A DNA stretch of 64,000 nucleotides from Dehalococcoidia bacterium (lineage in GTDB: Bacteria > Chloroflexota > Dehalococcoidia > Plut-88900): assembly GCA_965197645.1 (NCBI GenBank), contig OZ240219.1, positions 3,072,001 through 3,136,000 on the forward strand, written 5' to 3'. A program made the position numbers and the translations under genes. How positions within the stretch are numbered: the first letter of the stretch is position 1; each line of letters begins with the position of its first letter. A model generated the notes under the pieces. The model was not told the DNA's origin. It did no database searches and saw only the letters and a program-made list of their open reading frames with translations. Shown here one piece after another: positions 19,605 to 29,385 of this stretch.

Positions 19605-22600
19605 CTTCATCTCCCGCCAAGCTCAACGAGTATAACCACGCCGAGGAGCCGGCCCGCGTGCTACTGGAGCGGCTCGGCTGGACCTACGTGCCCCGGGACG
19701 CCTTGGCGGCGGAGCGGGGCGGCGAGCGGGAGGTGCTGCTGAAGGGACGGCTGAGCGCCGCCTTGCTTCGCCTCAACGAGTGGATGACCGAGGAGCAGGC
19801 CGACCGCGTCATCTTCGACCTGGAGCACGTCGACGCCACCGGCATGGCCCGCAGCCAGCGTGTCCATGAGTATCTCACCTACGGCATGCCCCTGACGACT
19901 GACGCGCCACAGGGCCGGAACACCCGCACGGTCCGCTTCTTCGACTTCGGTCACCCGGAGAACGGCCTCAACGAGTTCGTCGTTACCACCCAGTTCCGCG
20001 TCCGGCGCGGCAACGAGCCGGGCGGAACCGAGGACGACGAGCGCATGGTCATACCTGACCTGGTCCTTTTCGTCAACGGCATCCCTCTGGTGGTGATGGA
20101 AGCCAAGTCGCCGTCACTGCTGGACGTGTGGAGGTCCCAGGCGGTGCGGCAACTTCGCCGCTACCAGGAAGCTGGCCCGGAGTGGCACGGTAGCGGAGCG
20201 CCGGAGCTGTTCCACTACAACCTGCTGTGTGTCGCTCACTGTGGGGCCGCTGCGTCCTACGCCGCCCTCGGCGCTCCGGAGAACGCATACTTCGAGTGGA
20301 AGTCGGTGTTGCCCTACTCCGACGACGAAGTGCGGCAACGATTCAGCGTCGAACCCAAGGGCCAGGCGCAGCTCATCGTCGGGCTGCTGGCGCCGGCGCC
20401 ACTGCTGGACGTGCTGCGCGACTACGTGGTCTACGAGCCGGAACGGGGACGGCTGGTGAAGAAGTTGCCCCGCTACCAGCAGTGCCGGGCCGTGCGTGCC
20501 GCCGTGGAGCGACTGCTGACAGGCCGAAAGCCGGAGGAGCGCGGCGGCGTGGTCTGGCACACCCAAGGCTCCGGCAAGTCGCTGACGATGTTGTGGCTGG
20601 CTACGAAGCTGCGCCGCGAGCCGCGCTTTGCTAACTCAACCATCGTTGTAGTCACCGATCGGAATCAGCTGGACCGGCAGATCGCCAGTACCTTTGAGCG
20701 CTGCGGTTTCCCCGCGCCGGAGCGCATGGACCGCTCGCGCCCTAAACCGTCGGAGCGTAGGGCGCGGCGACGTCGAGAGAGGCCGGACCAGCCGGATCCC
20801 CTCGACTTGCAGACCGTGCTCAGGGAGGGCGTAGGCCGCACGGTGATGACCACTATCCAGAAGTTCGAGGAGGCACTAACCACTCCCAACGGCGAGCTGG
20901 ACGTGCTGAATCCCTCGGAAGATGTCCTCATTATGGTGGACGAAGCCCACCGCACTCAGTACGGCATTCTGGGTGGGCGCATGTCCAAGGCGCTGCCCCG
21001 TGCCGTGCTGATAGGTTTCACCGGGACGCCGATAGAGAAGAGCTTCAAGCACAGCACCGTAGGGCGCTTCGGGCCTATCATCGACTCATACACGATTCCT
21101 CAGTCAGTGGCGGACGGCGCAACGGTGCCCATCTACTACGAGGCACGTTTGCCCGAGTTGGCTATCGAGGGGCCGGAGGCACTGGATAAGTTGTACGATG
21201 CGATGTTCGGCGACGAGCCGCCGGAAGTGCAGGCACAGATTCAGCGTCGCTACGCCAACAAGGAGACCGTGGCAGAAGCGGAACGGCGCATCGAGATGAT
21301 CGCCCTGGATATCTCAGACCACTTTAGGGCTAAGCTCCGCCCCAATGGGTTCAAGGCGCAAGTCGTCGCCCCAAGCCGGGCGGCAGCCCTCCGCTACGCC
21401 GAGCGGCTGAACAGCTTTGGCGTGCACGCCTACCCGATCATCACCGCAGCTCCCAACGACGGCCCTGAGTTTAGGGCTGCCCGTGATCTCGACCAAGAAC
21501 AGATGATCAGCAATTTTGTAGACCCGGAGGGAGAGCCTGAGGTCCTGGTCGTGGTGGACATGCTGCTAACGGGTTTCGATGCGCCGGTGGAACAGGCTCT
21601 CTACTTGGACCGGGCGATGAGGGAGCACGCCCTGCTTCAAGCCATCGCTAGAGTCAACCGCCGGTTCTCACACAAGCTGGATGGAGTCGAGACCGAGAAG
21701 GCCTACGGCTTGGTAGTGGACTATCACGGCGTGTCCAGCGATCTGGAGGATGCCCTCTCTACCTTCGATTGGGCGGATGTGCAGGACGCGATGCGGGAGA
21801 TGGACGAGAACCCCGCGTCGGTAATAGAGGCGGCGGCCGTTCGGGTAGAGTCCCACTTCAAGGGTCGGGACCTGAGCGACACTTGGGCATGCATCACCAT
21901 CTTCGCTCCTGATGCCAAGACCGAAGGGAACTTCAAGGCAGACGTTTATGAGCGATTCAATGCAGACTACCGGCAGCTGTCCCGTCTCATGGATCGATTC
22001 CTGCCTGACCAGCGCGCCTTGCCGTACGTGGAACGGCTGGCCCGGCTGACTGAGATACGCGCCTACGCTCGAGCACAGTTCCTGCGTGAGAACGCGGATG
22101 TTGACTGGACTGAGATAGGGGCGAAGGTAAAACAGCTGGTCGATAAACGGATCGGTGCCGAGGTACGCTCGTTGATGAAACCAGTCTCGATCCTTGATAG
22201 CGACTTCGACCAGAAGGTAGCAGGGCTCCCGCATGACGAGGCGCGTGCGTCGATCATGGAGCACGCTATCCGGTCGCAGATACACGAGCGGCTCGGAGAG
22301 AACCCGGTGTTCTTCGAGAGACTCTCAGACCAACTTTCGCGGATTATCCAAGACCTGCGCGACCGAGTGATAGACTCCGCAGAGGCGTGCCGGCGCTTAG
22401 CGGCGCTCAACCATCAGGTCAAGAGCGAGGCTGACATCGCAACCGAGCACGGACTGACGCCGGTATCGTTTGCCATCTACGAACTACTCGACCGTGATCC
22501 GCACGAGCCGAGTTCAATCACAGCTGTCCGTGAAGAGAGAGCCTCCTACAGAACCACGTTCGACGAGGATACTAAGGGCATTGCGCGACAGGTAGAGTCG

Positions 22601-22774
22601 GTGATCGTTCGCCACAACGGGGTCGTCGACTGGCAGTCTAATGAAGAAGTCAAGCGGCTGATGCGCCGAGACATCAAGCGGGAACTCAGACAGACCGGCG
22701 ACTACACCGAGGACCAATTGGACGAGTTGGCGAGTAGAATCGTCGAGCTCGCCCAGAGGAGGAGCGGCCAGTGA
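19601..22774 (+). CDS. hsdR: Type I R-M restriction subunit
   Basis: PDLVLFVNGIPLVVMEAK nuclease, HTQGSGKS, DEAHRTQ, FTGTP, MLLTGFDAP, QAIARVNR. Confidence 0.97.
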   Translation: MTSSPAKLNEYNHAEEPARVLLERLGWTYVPRDALAAERGGEREVLLKGRLSAALLRLNEWMTEEQADRVIFDLEHVDATGMARSQRVHEYLTYGMPLTTDAPQGRNTRTVRFFDFGHPENGLNEFVVTTQFRVRRGNEPGGTEDDERMVIPDLVLFVNGIPLVVMEAKSPSLLDVWRSQAVRQLRRYQEAGPEWHGSGAPELFHYNLLCVAHCGAAASYAALGAPENAYFEWKSVLPYSDDEVRQRFSVEPKGQAQLIVGLLAPAPLLDVLRDYVVYEPERGRLVKKLPRYQQCRAVRAAVERLLTGRKPEERGGVVWHTQGSGKSLTMLWLATKLRREPRFANSTIVVVTDRNQLDRQIASTFERCGFPAPERMDRSRPKPSERRARRRRERPDQPDPLDLQTVLREGVGRTVMTTIQKFEEALTTPNGELDVLNPSEDVLIMVDEAHRTQYGILGGRMSKALPRAVLIGFTGTPIEKSFKHSTVGRFGPIIDSYTIPQSVADGATVPIYYEARLPELAIEGPEALDKLYDAMFGDEPPEVQAQIQRRYANKETVAEAERRIEMIALDISDHFRAKLRPNGFKAQVVAPSRAAALRYAERLNSFGVHAYPIITAAPNDGPEFRAARDLDQEQMISNFVDPEGEPEVLVVVDMLLTGFDAPVEQALYLDRAMREHALLQAIARVNRRFSHKLDGVETEKAYGLVVDYHGVSSDLEDALSTFDWADVQDAMREMDENPASVIEAAAVRVESHFKGRDLSDTWACITIFAPDAKTEGNFKADVYERFNADYRQLSRLMDRFLPDQRALPYVERLARLTEIRAYARAQFLRENADVDWTEIGAKVKQLVDKRIGAEVRSLMKPVSILDSDFDQKVAGLPHDEARASIMEHAIRSQIHERLGENPVFFERLSDQLSRIIQDLRDRVIDSAEACRRLAALNHQVKSEADIATEHGLTPVSFAIYELLDRDPHEPSSITAVREERASYRTTFDEDTKGIARQVESVIVRHNGVVDWQSNEEVKRLMRRDIKRELRQTGDYTEDQLDELASRIVELAQRRSGQ

Positions 22775-23499
22775 CCAGGGGGGCCAGCGTCTGCTACGGC
22801 AACACGACCATTAACTACGAGGTCCGGCGAAGCGAGCGGCGCAAGAAGACGGTGCAGATAACCGTGGACGGCGGAGGTGTTCACGTGGCGGCACCCATGA
22901 CTACGCCCGACAGTGAACTAAGGGCCATCGTGCGAAAGCGATCCCCCTGGATACTGGGCCATGCCTCCAAGTCGATGCTGAAGGCCGCGCCCAAGCGTTT
23001 CGTGAGCGGCGAGACATTGCCCTATCTAGGCCGCAACGTCCGCATCCACGTCGAAACTTCCAATGTAGGCCAAGCGACCATCCGTTTCGACCACTGGCGC
23101 TTCAGGGTTGATGTGCCGGAGATCCTGCTTGGTGAGGAACGTAGCCAAACGATTAAGAGGGCCGTGGTCCGCTGGTATCGACACCGCGCCATCGAGCGGA
23201 TATCGGAGACTGTGGAACGCTGGTGGCCCAGGCTGGGTAGTGGAGAGATGTCACATGTACTCATTCGTGACCAGCGCCAGCGCTGGGGGAGCTGCGCACC
23301 CGATGGCACGTTGCGTTTCAATTGGCGTGCCGTCATGCTGAAGCAGGCCCTTATTGATTATGTAGTCGTGCATGAGTTGGCGCATCTGACTCACCGCAAT
23401 CATTCGACGGACTTCTGGGGTTTAGTGTCCCAGGTAGTACCGGACGCTAATCAACGACGCCTACAGCTGAGGGAAGACGGCCGTACGCTTCCGCTGTGA
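22771..23499 (+). CDS. YgjP/DUF45 (M48/SprT-like) metallopeptidase associated with Type I R-M
   Basis: SGETLPYLGR, RWGSC, DYVVVHELAH, NHSTDFW. Confidence 0.92.
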   Translation: MTRGASVCYGNTTINYEVRRSERRKKTVQITVDGGGVHVAAPMTTPDSELRAIVRKRSPWILGHASKSMLKAAPKRFVSGETLPYLGRNVRIHVETSNVGQATIRFDHWRFRVDVPEILLGEERSQTIKRAVVRWYRHRAIERISETVERWWPRLGSGEMSHVLIRDQRQRWGSCAPDGTLRFNWRAVMLKQALIDYVVVHELAHLTHRNHSTDFWGLVSQVVPDANQRRLQLREDGRTLPL

Positions 23500-23570
23500 C
23501 CCTCGTCTGTCTTGCGCAATAGGATCCCGCTAGTTCCTGCCGTCTTATCGTTCCCATCTCCTTGCAACCT

Positions 23571-23920
23571 TCAGCGTTCATGTTCCAGTTGCCTTTTTGC
23601 CCAGCCGGAAGTGAGCTCCTTCTCCCCGTCCTGGACCCCGTACACGGTGGCGAGCCACTCGCCGGTGTCGGGATGGCGCACTGCGTAGTAGAGGACGGCG
23701 GGCTTGCGATCGAAGACGGGCCTGGCTATGAAGCGCCCGTCCTTCTTCCTCTCGACGAAGTCCTCCTCTCCGTTGACCAGCTGCACCACCTCTCCGGGCG
23801 GGTCCTGGGCCAGGACTAGGTTGCTGGTTGAGACCATTAGAAGCGTCGCTAGGAGCAACGCGGCGGCCAGGGGCAGTAGCGCCCCGCTGTGACGGGGTTG
23901 GGATTCGATTGCAGCGCCAT
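23571..23920 (-). pseudogene. Secreted hypothetical protein fragment (frameshift in signal peptide)
   Basis: GGAGG RBS and ATG near 23920 are out of frame with the hydrophobic LLPLAAALLLATLLMV..VLAQ signal and the 95-aa ORF. Confidence 0.4.
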
Positions 23921-24121
23921 GGACTCCTCCCTGCGTCCGATGGATCCGAATGCACGCGATCGAGTGTGGAGGCGCCCGGTGCCGGGGGTATCCCCTGCAG
24001 GGGACTGCATAGATGTAACCCCCTCCAGGGAATTACACGGAGGCGGGCCGCCTGCGATTGCCTACGAGGTTTACCGGCTGTATTCTCTGTATCGAGACTT
24101 CTCAGCGAAAAGTTGGCCATA

Positions 24122-24220
24122 GAGCTTATCCCAAGAGGACGTACGCCTTGGTCCCAAGCCCCCCTGCCAGAGGGAAGCTTCCCTCTGGACTCCCTCGATC
24201 CCGGGTTCGGTGACAGGCTC
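24122..24220. mobile_element. MITE family A, internally deleted and degenerate copy
   Basis: GAGCTTATCCCAA...GTGACAGGCTC ends; shared core CCCCCTGCCAGAGGGAAG.TTCCCTCTGGACTC. Confidence 0.8.
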
Positions 24221-24398
24221 AGTACAGTACGGGCAGAGGCACCACCACCTTCTTCACTGTGCGGACGTGGACGAAGCTGCCGCCAGGATTGAGGAGTTGA
24301 GCGGCAGGACGATTCGGGTGGTTGAGGAGTACCGGACGCGGACTATCATAGCAGCTGATACCGAGGGCAACGAGTTCTGCCTGGTGGAGCACGTATGA
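24221..24398 (+). pseudogene. VOC/glyoxalase-like C-terminal remnant
   Basis: ADVDEAAARIEELSG..AADTEGNEFCLV; no 5' half. Confidence 0.7.
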
Positions 24399-24452
24399 AG
24401 AGGATCGAACTTAGGTCTGATTAGCAATTTGACCAATTGCCTTGGAGGGACG

Positions 24453-25580
24453 ATGAATATTGAGACCATCGCCATTCACAGCGGACGCTCCGTCGATCCC
24501 AGCACAGGCGCGATCACTCCGCCGATACATATGTCCACCACTTTTGAGCGCGAGGCCGACGGGTCATACCCGCATGGGTTTGTGTACGGACGCTCCGGGA
24601 ACCCTTCTCGTACCCTCCTGGAGGAATGCGTCCGAGATCTCGAGGGAGGATCTGTCGCCTCAGCATTTGGTTCAGGGATGGCCGCCTTCATGAGTATCTT
24701 CCAGGCTCTGTCTCCCGGGGATCACGTCATCGCTCCTCGGGACATCTATCACGGTACGGCTCGTCTACTTCAGGGGATGCTGGCCCGGTGGAACCTGAAG
24801 ACCTCCTTTGTCGACATGGCGGACATCGATGAAGTCCGGCGGGCGATAAATTCCGCCACTCGGCTCATGATTGTTGAGACTCCCTCGAATCCCCTCTTGA
24901 AGATCACCGATATTGCAGCGATGGCAGAGGTCGCCCGTCAACGAGGAATTACCTGCGTCTGCGACAATACCTGGGCCAGCCCGGCGCTCCAGAGATGCCT
25001 TGACTTGGGGGCCGATTTGGTCCTCCATTCGACCACCAAATATCTGGGCGGTCACGGGGACGTAACCGGAGGGATTGTAGTGTCCGCCCGAGACGACGGG
25101 TTGTTCGAAGAGATTGGCAAGATACAGCGGCAAGCCGGAGCAGTCCCTTCCCCCTTTGATTGCTGGCTGGTTCTCAGGGGCATCCGCACCCTGCCTTACC
25201 GAATGAGGGCCCACTCGGAAAACGCCACCAGAGTGGCTAGATTCCTTAACGACCATCCCAAAGTTCTAGGGGCGTATTATCCGGGGCTGGAAGGTCACCG
25301 CGGCCACGAGGTCGCTCGCCGGCAGATGGACCTGTTCGGCGGCATGCTCTCTTTCCGGGTACTGGGAGGAAGGGAAGAAGCATTCAGGGTTGCCGCCAAT
25401 ACTACTCTTTTTACCAGGGCTACGAGCCTGGGCAGCTACGAAAGCCTCATCGAGCACCGGGCGTCTATCGAGGGGTCAGAGAGCCGAACTCCGGATGACT
25501 TGCTGCGGGTTTCGGTCGGGTTGGAAAACGCCGGCGACCTCATCTCGGACTTGGAGCAGGCGCTAACCGGCGGCCGTTGA
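24453..25580 (+). CDS. Cystathionine gamma-synthase/lyase family PLP enzyme (MetB/MetC-like)
   Basis: YGRSGNP, SGMAA, ETPSNP, DNTW, HSTTKYLGGHGD, SLG..ESL, LRVSVGLE. Confidence 0.93.
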   Translation: MNIETIAIHSGRSVDPSTGAITPPIHMSTTFEREADGSYPHGFVYGRSGNPSRTLLEECVRDLEGGSVASAFGSGMAAFMSIFQALSPGDHVIAPRDIYHGTARLLQGMLARWNLKTSFVDMADIDEVRRAINSATRLMIVETPSNPLLKITDIAAMAEVARQRGITCVCDNTWASPALQRCLDLGADLVLHSTTKYLGGHGDVTGGIVVSARDDGLFEEIGKIQRQAGAVPSPFDCWLVLRGIRTLPYRMRAHSENATRVARFLNDHPKVLGAYYPGLEGHRGHEVARRQMDLFGGMLSFRVLGGREEAFRVAANTTLFTRATSLGSYESLIEHRASIEGSESRTPDDLLRVSVGLENAGDLISDLEQALTGGR

Positions 25581-25795
25581 GAGATTATCGCCGTAGAGTT
25601 CCACCGATAGCCAAACCAAGCTTTCCCAAGAACGTCGAGCAGGGGCAGGTATCCTTGTAAGGCCTACCTTCCGATCGCTATCGTCAGGGCAATCCGCCGA
25701 TCTCGACAGAGGTTGGGCCATCCCCGACACATAACCCACCGGTCCAGACCCGTATCAAGGGGCCAAAGCATCGCTCTATCAAATGTGGGTCAGGT

Positions 25796-26914
25796 TTACC
25801 TGCCCACGACACCTGAACCTATCTGTCCTCCGGCGCCTCTTAGCCGCGGGTCCAACAGGTCTCTGAGGGCGTCCCCCAGCATGTTAATGCCGAAGACCAC
25901 CAGCGTTACCATCAGACCCGGGAAGAAGGCTATCCAGGGGGCGGTCTCGAAGTACTCCTTACCCTGTCGGCTGAGCATTGCGCCCCAGGAGGGATTGGGT
26001 GGAGGGATGCCGAATCCCAAGAAGCTGAGCTCCGCCTCTCCCAGTATTGCATAGCCCAGGTTCAGCGTGGCGAGGACGATGATGGGGGCCATGATGTTAG
26101 GCAGAACATATACCAGATTGATTCGCAGGCTGGATGCTCCCATCGCCAGGGCAGCATCTACGTACACCTGCTGCCTGACCTCCAGCGCCGATGACCTGAC
26201 TATCCTAACCACCCAGGGGATAAATCCGATGGACAATCCGAACGTCACTTTGCCGATAGCCCACCAGTAAGCACCAAGCCATGGAATCGGTGGGTCGTCG
26301 GGCAGCATCGCCATGATGACTATAAGCAACACCAGATAGGGAAACATGTACCAGACGTCGTTTACACGTTGGATGGCATTATCTATCTTCCCGCCGAACC
26401 AGGCGGATACCATCCCTATCACCACTCCTACGGCCGTGCCTATGAACACGACCGTAAGGCCTACAACTATGGAGATCTGAGCGCCGTGGATGACCCGGCT
26501 CAGCATCGACCGACCGAGATTATCGTACCCCATTACTCCCCACGGGAATCCTGAGTCCTTTTGGAATCGGTCGTCAGGGTCCTTTGCCTTTATAGCAAAA
26601 GCCGTAGGCCCAGGTATATCAGCGTCAGTCTGTACAATGCCGAGGCTGCTGATGATGGGTTCACCGGTCTCCGGGTTTAATATTGGAACGATTTCGAGGC
26701 GGTACGCGTGGGTCTCGGTTTTTCCTTCCGGTGCGATAAAGTTGGCGAACACTCCGCCAATAATGAGCACCAGAATAATGGCCAACCCAACAGTGCCCAG
26801 GGGTTTGGTTCGGAGGAGTCTGGGCCACACCTCCAGGTAGAGAGGCAGCGACCTTCGACGCCGAAACTCCTCTTCCGGCCCACGTTCGGCTCTAACGGCT
26901 ACGCTTTCTGCCAT
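25796..26914 (-). CDS. Peptide/nickel ABC transporter permease (DppC/OppC type)
   Basis: MGYDNLGRSMLSRVIHGA, YVDAALAMGAS, EAELSFLGFG..PSWG, NMLGDALRDLLDPR. Confidence 0.95.
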   Translation of the reverse strand: MAESVAVRAERGPEEEFRRRRSLPLYLEVWPRLLRTKPLGTVGLAIILVLIIGGVFANFIAPEGKTETHAYRLEIVPILNPETGEPIISSLGIVQTDADIPGPTAFAIKAKDPDDRFQKDSGFPWGVMGYDNLGRSMLSRVIHGAQISIVVGLTVVFIGTAVGVVIGMVSAWFGGKIDNAIQRVNDVWYMFPYLVLLIVIMAMLPDDPPIPWLGAYWWAIGKVTFGLSIGFIPWVVRIVRSSALEVRQQVYVDAALAMGASSLRINLVYVLPNIMAPIIVLATLNLGYAILGEAELSFLGFGIPPPNPSWGAMLSRQGKEYFETAPWIAFFPGLMVTLVVFGINMLGDALRDLLDPRLRGAGGQIGSGVVGR

Positions 26915-26974
26915 ATGCTCTACTCTCCAGGGGCACTTAGTGGGTTTGACTTTCCTATCTGCCTCTGGTTTGCG

Positions 26975-28951
26975 TTACTCGTACCTTATCCTGGGATTCA
27001 GCCACGCGTAGCTTAGATCAGTCGCCAACATGATGAACACAGTCAGAACCCCGAAGAACATCGTAACTCCTTGAATCAGCGGGAAGTCTCTGCTGACAAG
27101 AGCCTCGAGACCCAGCCGTCCAATGCCGGGTATAGCAAATATCTGCTCGACTATAATTTGCCCGCCGAGGGCCCAGAGCAGCTGGAGACCCAGTATGGTT
27201 ATTACGGGCAGCATTGCGTTTTTCATGCCGTGCCTGACGACCACCACCCGCTCCCGAAGCCCTTTGGACCATGCAGTCCTCACGTAGTCCTGGCGCATGA
27301 CCTCAAGCATCTGGGTTCTGGTCATCCGCATGATGCTAGCCATGCGCGGGAAGCCCGATAAAACGGCAGGAATTGCAAAGAACTTCAGGTTTTCTATCGG
27401 TGCGTCAAAGAAGAATTGGTATCGGAGCGGAGGCGCCCAGGCCCACCATAAACTGGGAAACACCAGGACCATAGAGGCGATGTAAAAAGTAGGGACGGAA
27501 ACGCCAAGAATGGCGACGATTCGTCCTGCATAGTCGCCCCAGCTGTCTTGGCGAATGGCCGAGATTATACCAATGGGGAATGAGAGTATGGCGAATACGG
27601 AGCTGAGCACCAGGAGCTCAACGCTGGGGCCCAGCGCATCCAGTATTCGCCCGGTCACGGGGACCCGGTCAACGAAGGTCTCACCAAGATTGCCGCCCAG
27701 TGCTCCCCACCTCCAGTACTTGTTTTCTGTTGTAACCCACGCCCGTGCCGAGCCGCTGCTGCTTAAACCTATGCTGACATCCCTGACAGGGTCCCCAATG
27801 GGGCCTATGATCTCCTCCTCTCCACCTCGTCCTCCCTTGATTATGATGATATCCCGCTTAATCCAGGAAGCACCGCCGTCCTCCGTGTAAAGTACAAGTC
27901 CACCGTCCCCCGCTGCAATCCCTTCGTTCGAGGTTCCGAACTGAATGGAGTTCAAGTTCGCATCGGTGGTTCCGCCGACCACTCCATCCTGAATATAGGT
28001 TGCGGTACCGGTCGACCAGGTTACCCCGCCGTTGCTGCTCTTGCTTACCGTGCCACCAGAGCCTACTGCCCAGACGGTAGATGAGTCGGAGAAGGTAACG
28101 TCGTTGAAGGACGTGCCGGTGTTGCTGGCCACTGGCGTCCAACTTGAGCCACTATCACTGGTCCACAGGATTGTCCCATTGTCTCCAACGGCTACACCGG
28201 AGGTGCCATCCGCATTGAAAGCTATTCCTTTGAGGTCGGCATCAGTACTGGAGCCCTGGGGTATCCACAATTCACCCGCGTCGGAGGTATAAAGGATAAT
28301 GCCTTTGTTGCCGACCACCCAGCCCTGGTCCGGGTCGATAAAGTCCACGTCCGTGAGCTTTTGACTGGTTCCGGTGGCCTGGTCGAACCAACTGGTCAGC
28401 GTTTTTTGGGCTTCAAACCTCCTGCTTCCGCCTTGATCGCTGTGGAGGATCATCCCTTTATCACCCACCGCCCACACGTTATCTTCGTCACCGAAGTCTA
28501 AGGCGTTAACAGTGCGATCACTCTTGTGCTGGTTCTGCCATACCCTTCCTCCATCGGCGGTGCCAAAGATAATGTTCTTCCCTATTGCCCAGCCTCTCTT
28601 GTCATCGATAAAGTGAGAGCTGGAAAGGGGCTCGACGGTGTCAGAACCGAGCTGGCGCCATCTTTCTCCGCCTGTGGTGGTCTGGTAGACCTGGGCCTCG
28701 GTCTCGGGAGCGCCCAGAACCCAGCGTATATACTGGCTCTCGGTCCAGAAGCACTTGATCCCCATACATAAAAAGGGCTTGTCAAGGCCCAACTTCTTCT
28801 CGGCAAATTCTCTGTCTTCCCCTCGGATCGCTCCCTGCGTCATGATGTCTATAACATCGCCAGGGAGTAGGAAGATCATCCCCGCGATAAGGAAAGAGGC
28901 AAGAAGGAGGGTGGGGAACATGAGAAAGATTCTACGGATAGCGTAATTCAT
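26975..28951 (-). CDS. DppB/OppB-type permease with inserted BNR/YCF48 beta-propeller
   Basis: YAIRR..LLPGD..LGLDKP N-terminus, about 330 aa of T/S-x-D-G-G-x-x-W repeats, then DYVRTAWSKGL, IFAIPGIG, DLSYAWLNPRIRY. Confidence 0.92.
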   Translation of the reverse strand: MNYAIRRIFLMFPTLLLASFLIAGMIFLLPGDVIDIMTQGAIRGEDREFAEKKLGLDKPFLCMGIKCFWTESQYIRWVLGAPETEAQVYQTTTGGERWRQLGSDTVEPLSSSHFIDDKRGWAIGKNIIFGTADGGRVWQNQHKSDRTVNALDFGDEDNVWAVGDKGMILHSDQGGSRRFEAQKTLTSWFDQATGTSQKLTDVDFIDPDQGWVVGNKGIILYTSDAGELWIPQGSSTDADLKGIAFNADGTSGVAVGDNGTILWTSDSGSSWTPVASNTGTSFNDVTFSDSSTVWAVGSGGTVSKSSNGGVTWSTGTATYIQDGVVGGTTDANLNSIQFGTSNEGIAAGDGGLVLYTEDGGASWIKRDIIIIKGGRGGEEEIIGPIGDPVRDVSIGLSSSGSARAWVTTENKYWRWGALGGNLGETFVDRVPVTGRILDALGPSVELLVLSSVFAILSFPIGIISAIRQDSWGDYAGRIVAILGVSVPTFYIASMVLVFPSLWWAWAPPLRYQFFFDAPIENLKFFAIPAVLSGFPRMASIMRMTRTQMLEVMRQDYVRTAWSKGLRERVVVVRHGMKNAMLPVITILGLQLLWALGGQIIVEQIFAIPGIGRLGLEALVSRDFPLIQGVTMFFGVLTVFIMLATDLSYAWLNPRIRYE

Positions 28952-29267
28952 ACGGCTATTCCCCAAGCTAGATCATACACCTAAGATCGCGAGCAAGAAT
29001 AAAACGGTAGGCGTTGAGGGGGTTAAACTCTAGTGCTGAGTTTTGCCGAAGCTATCATACCGCTACTATCGTGTCAACGTAATTAGAAGCTGGACAATAC
29101 CAAAAACAACACCGCTCACGATGTGTGATTCGTCCGTAGACGGCGGAAACGAGGTGCTAATAACCGGAGACTTTTACTAACTGTTTACCTTTATTGTCGC
29201 CCTTCATAGTTCTTAGAAACGCCTCCGGAGAATTCTCTATCCCATGGGCAATCTGCTCCAGAATTGG

Positions 29268-29296
29268 TTGACAGACAGTCTGCATCATGTTAGATT
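29268..29296 (+). promoter_or_regulatory. Sigma70 promoter for the SBP gene
   Basis: TTGACA-N17-TAGATT. Confidence 0.6.
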
Positions 29297-29385
29297 TTGC
29301 TCTCCCTCTCCCCGGCATATCCTCCTAACCCAGGCACCATGTCGATACTTGGTAAGCTGCAATAGTCCCAGTACGGAGGCAAACA

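Noticed and set aside
23991-24004. Palindrome TCCCCTGCAGGGGA
   Set aside because: Single GC-rich occurrence beside a pseudogene; no supporting copies.
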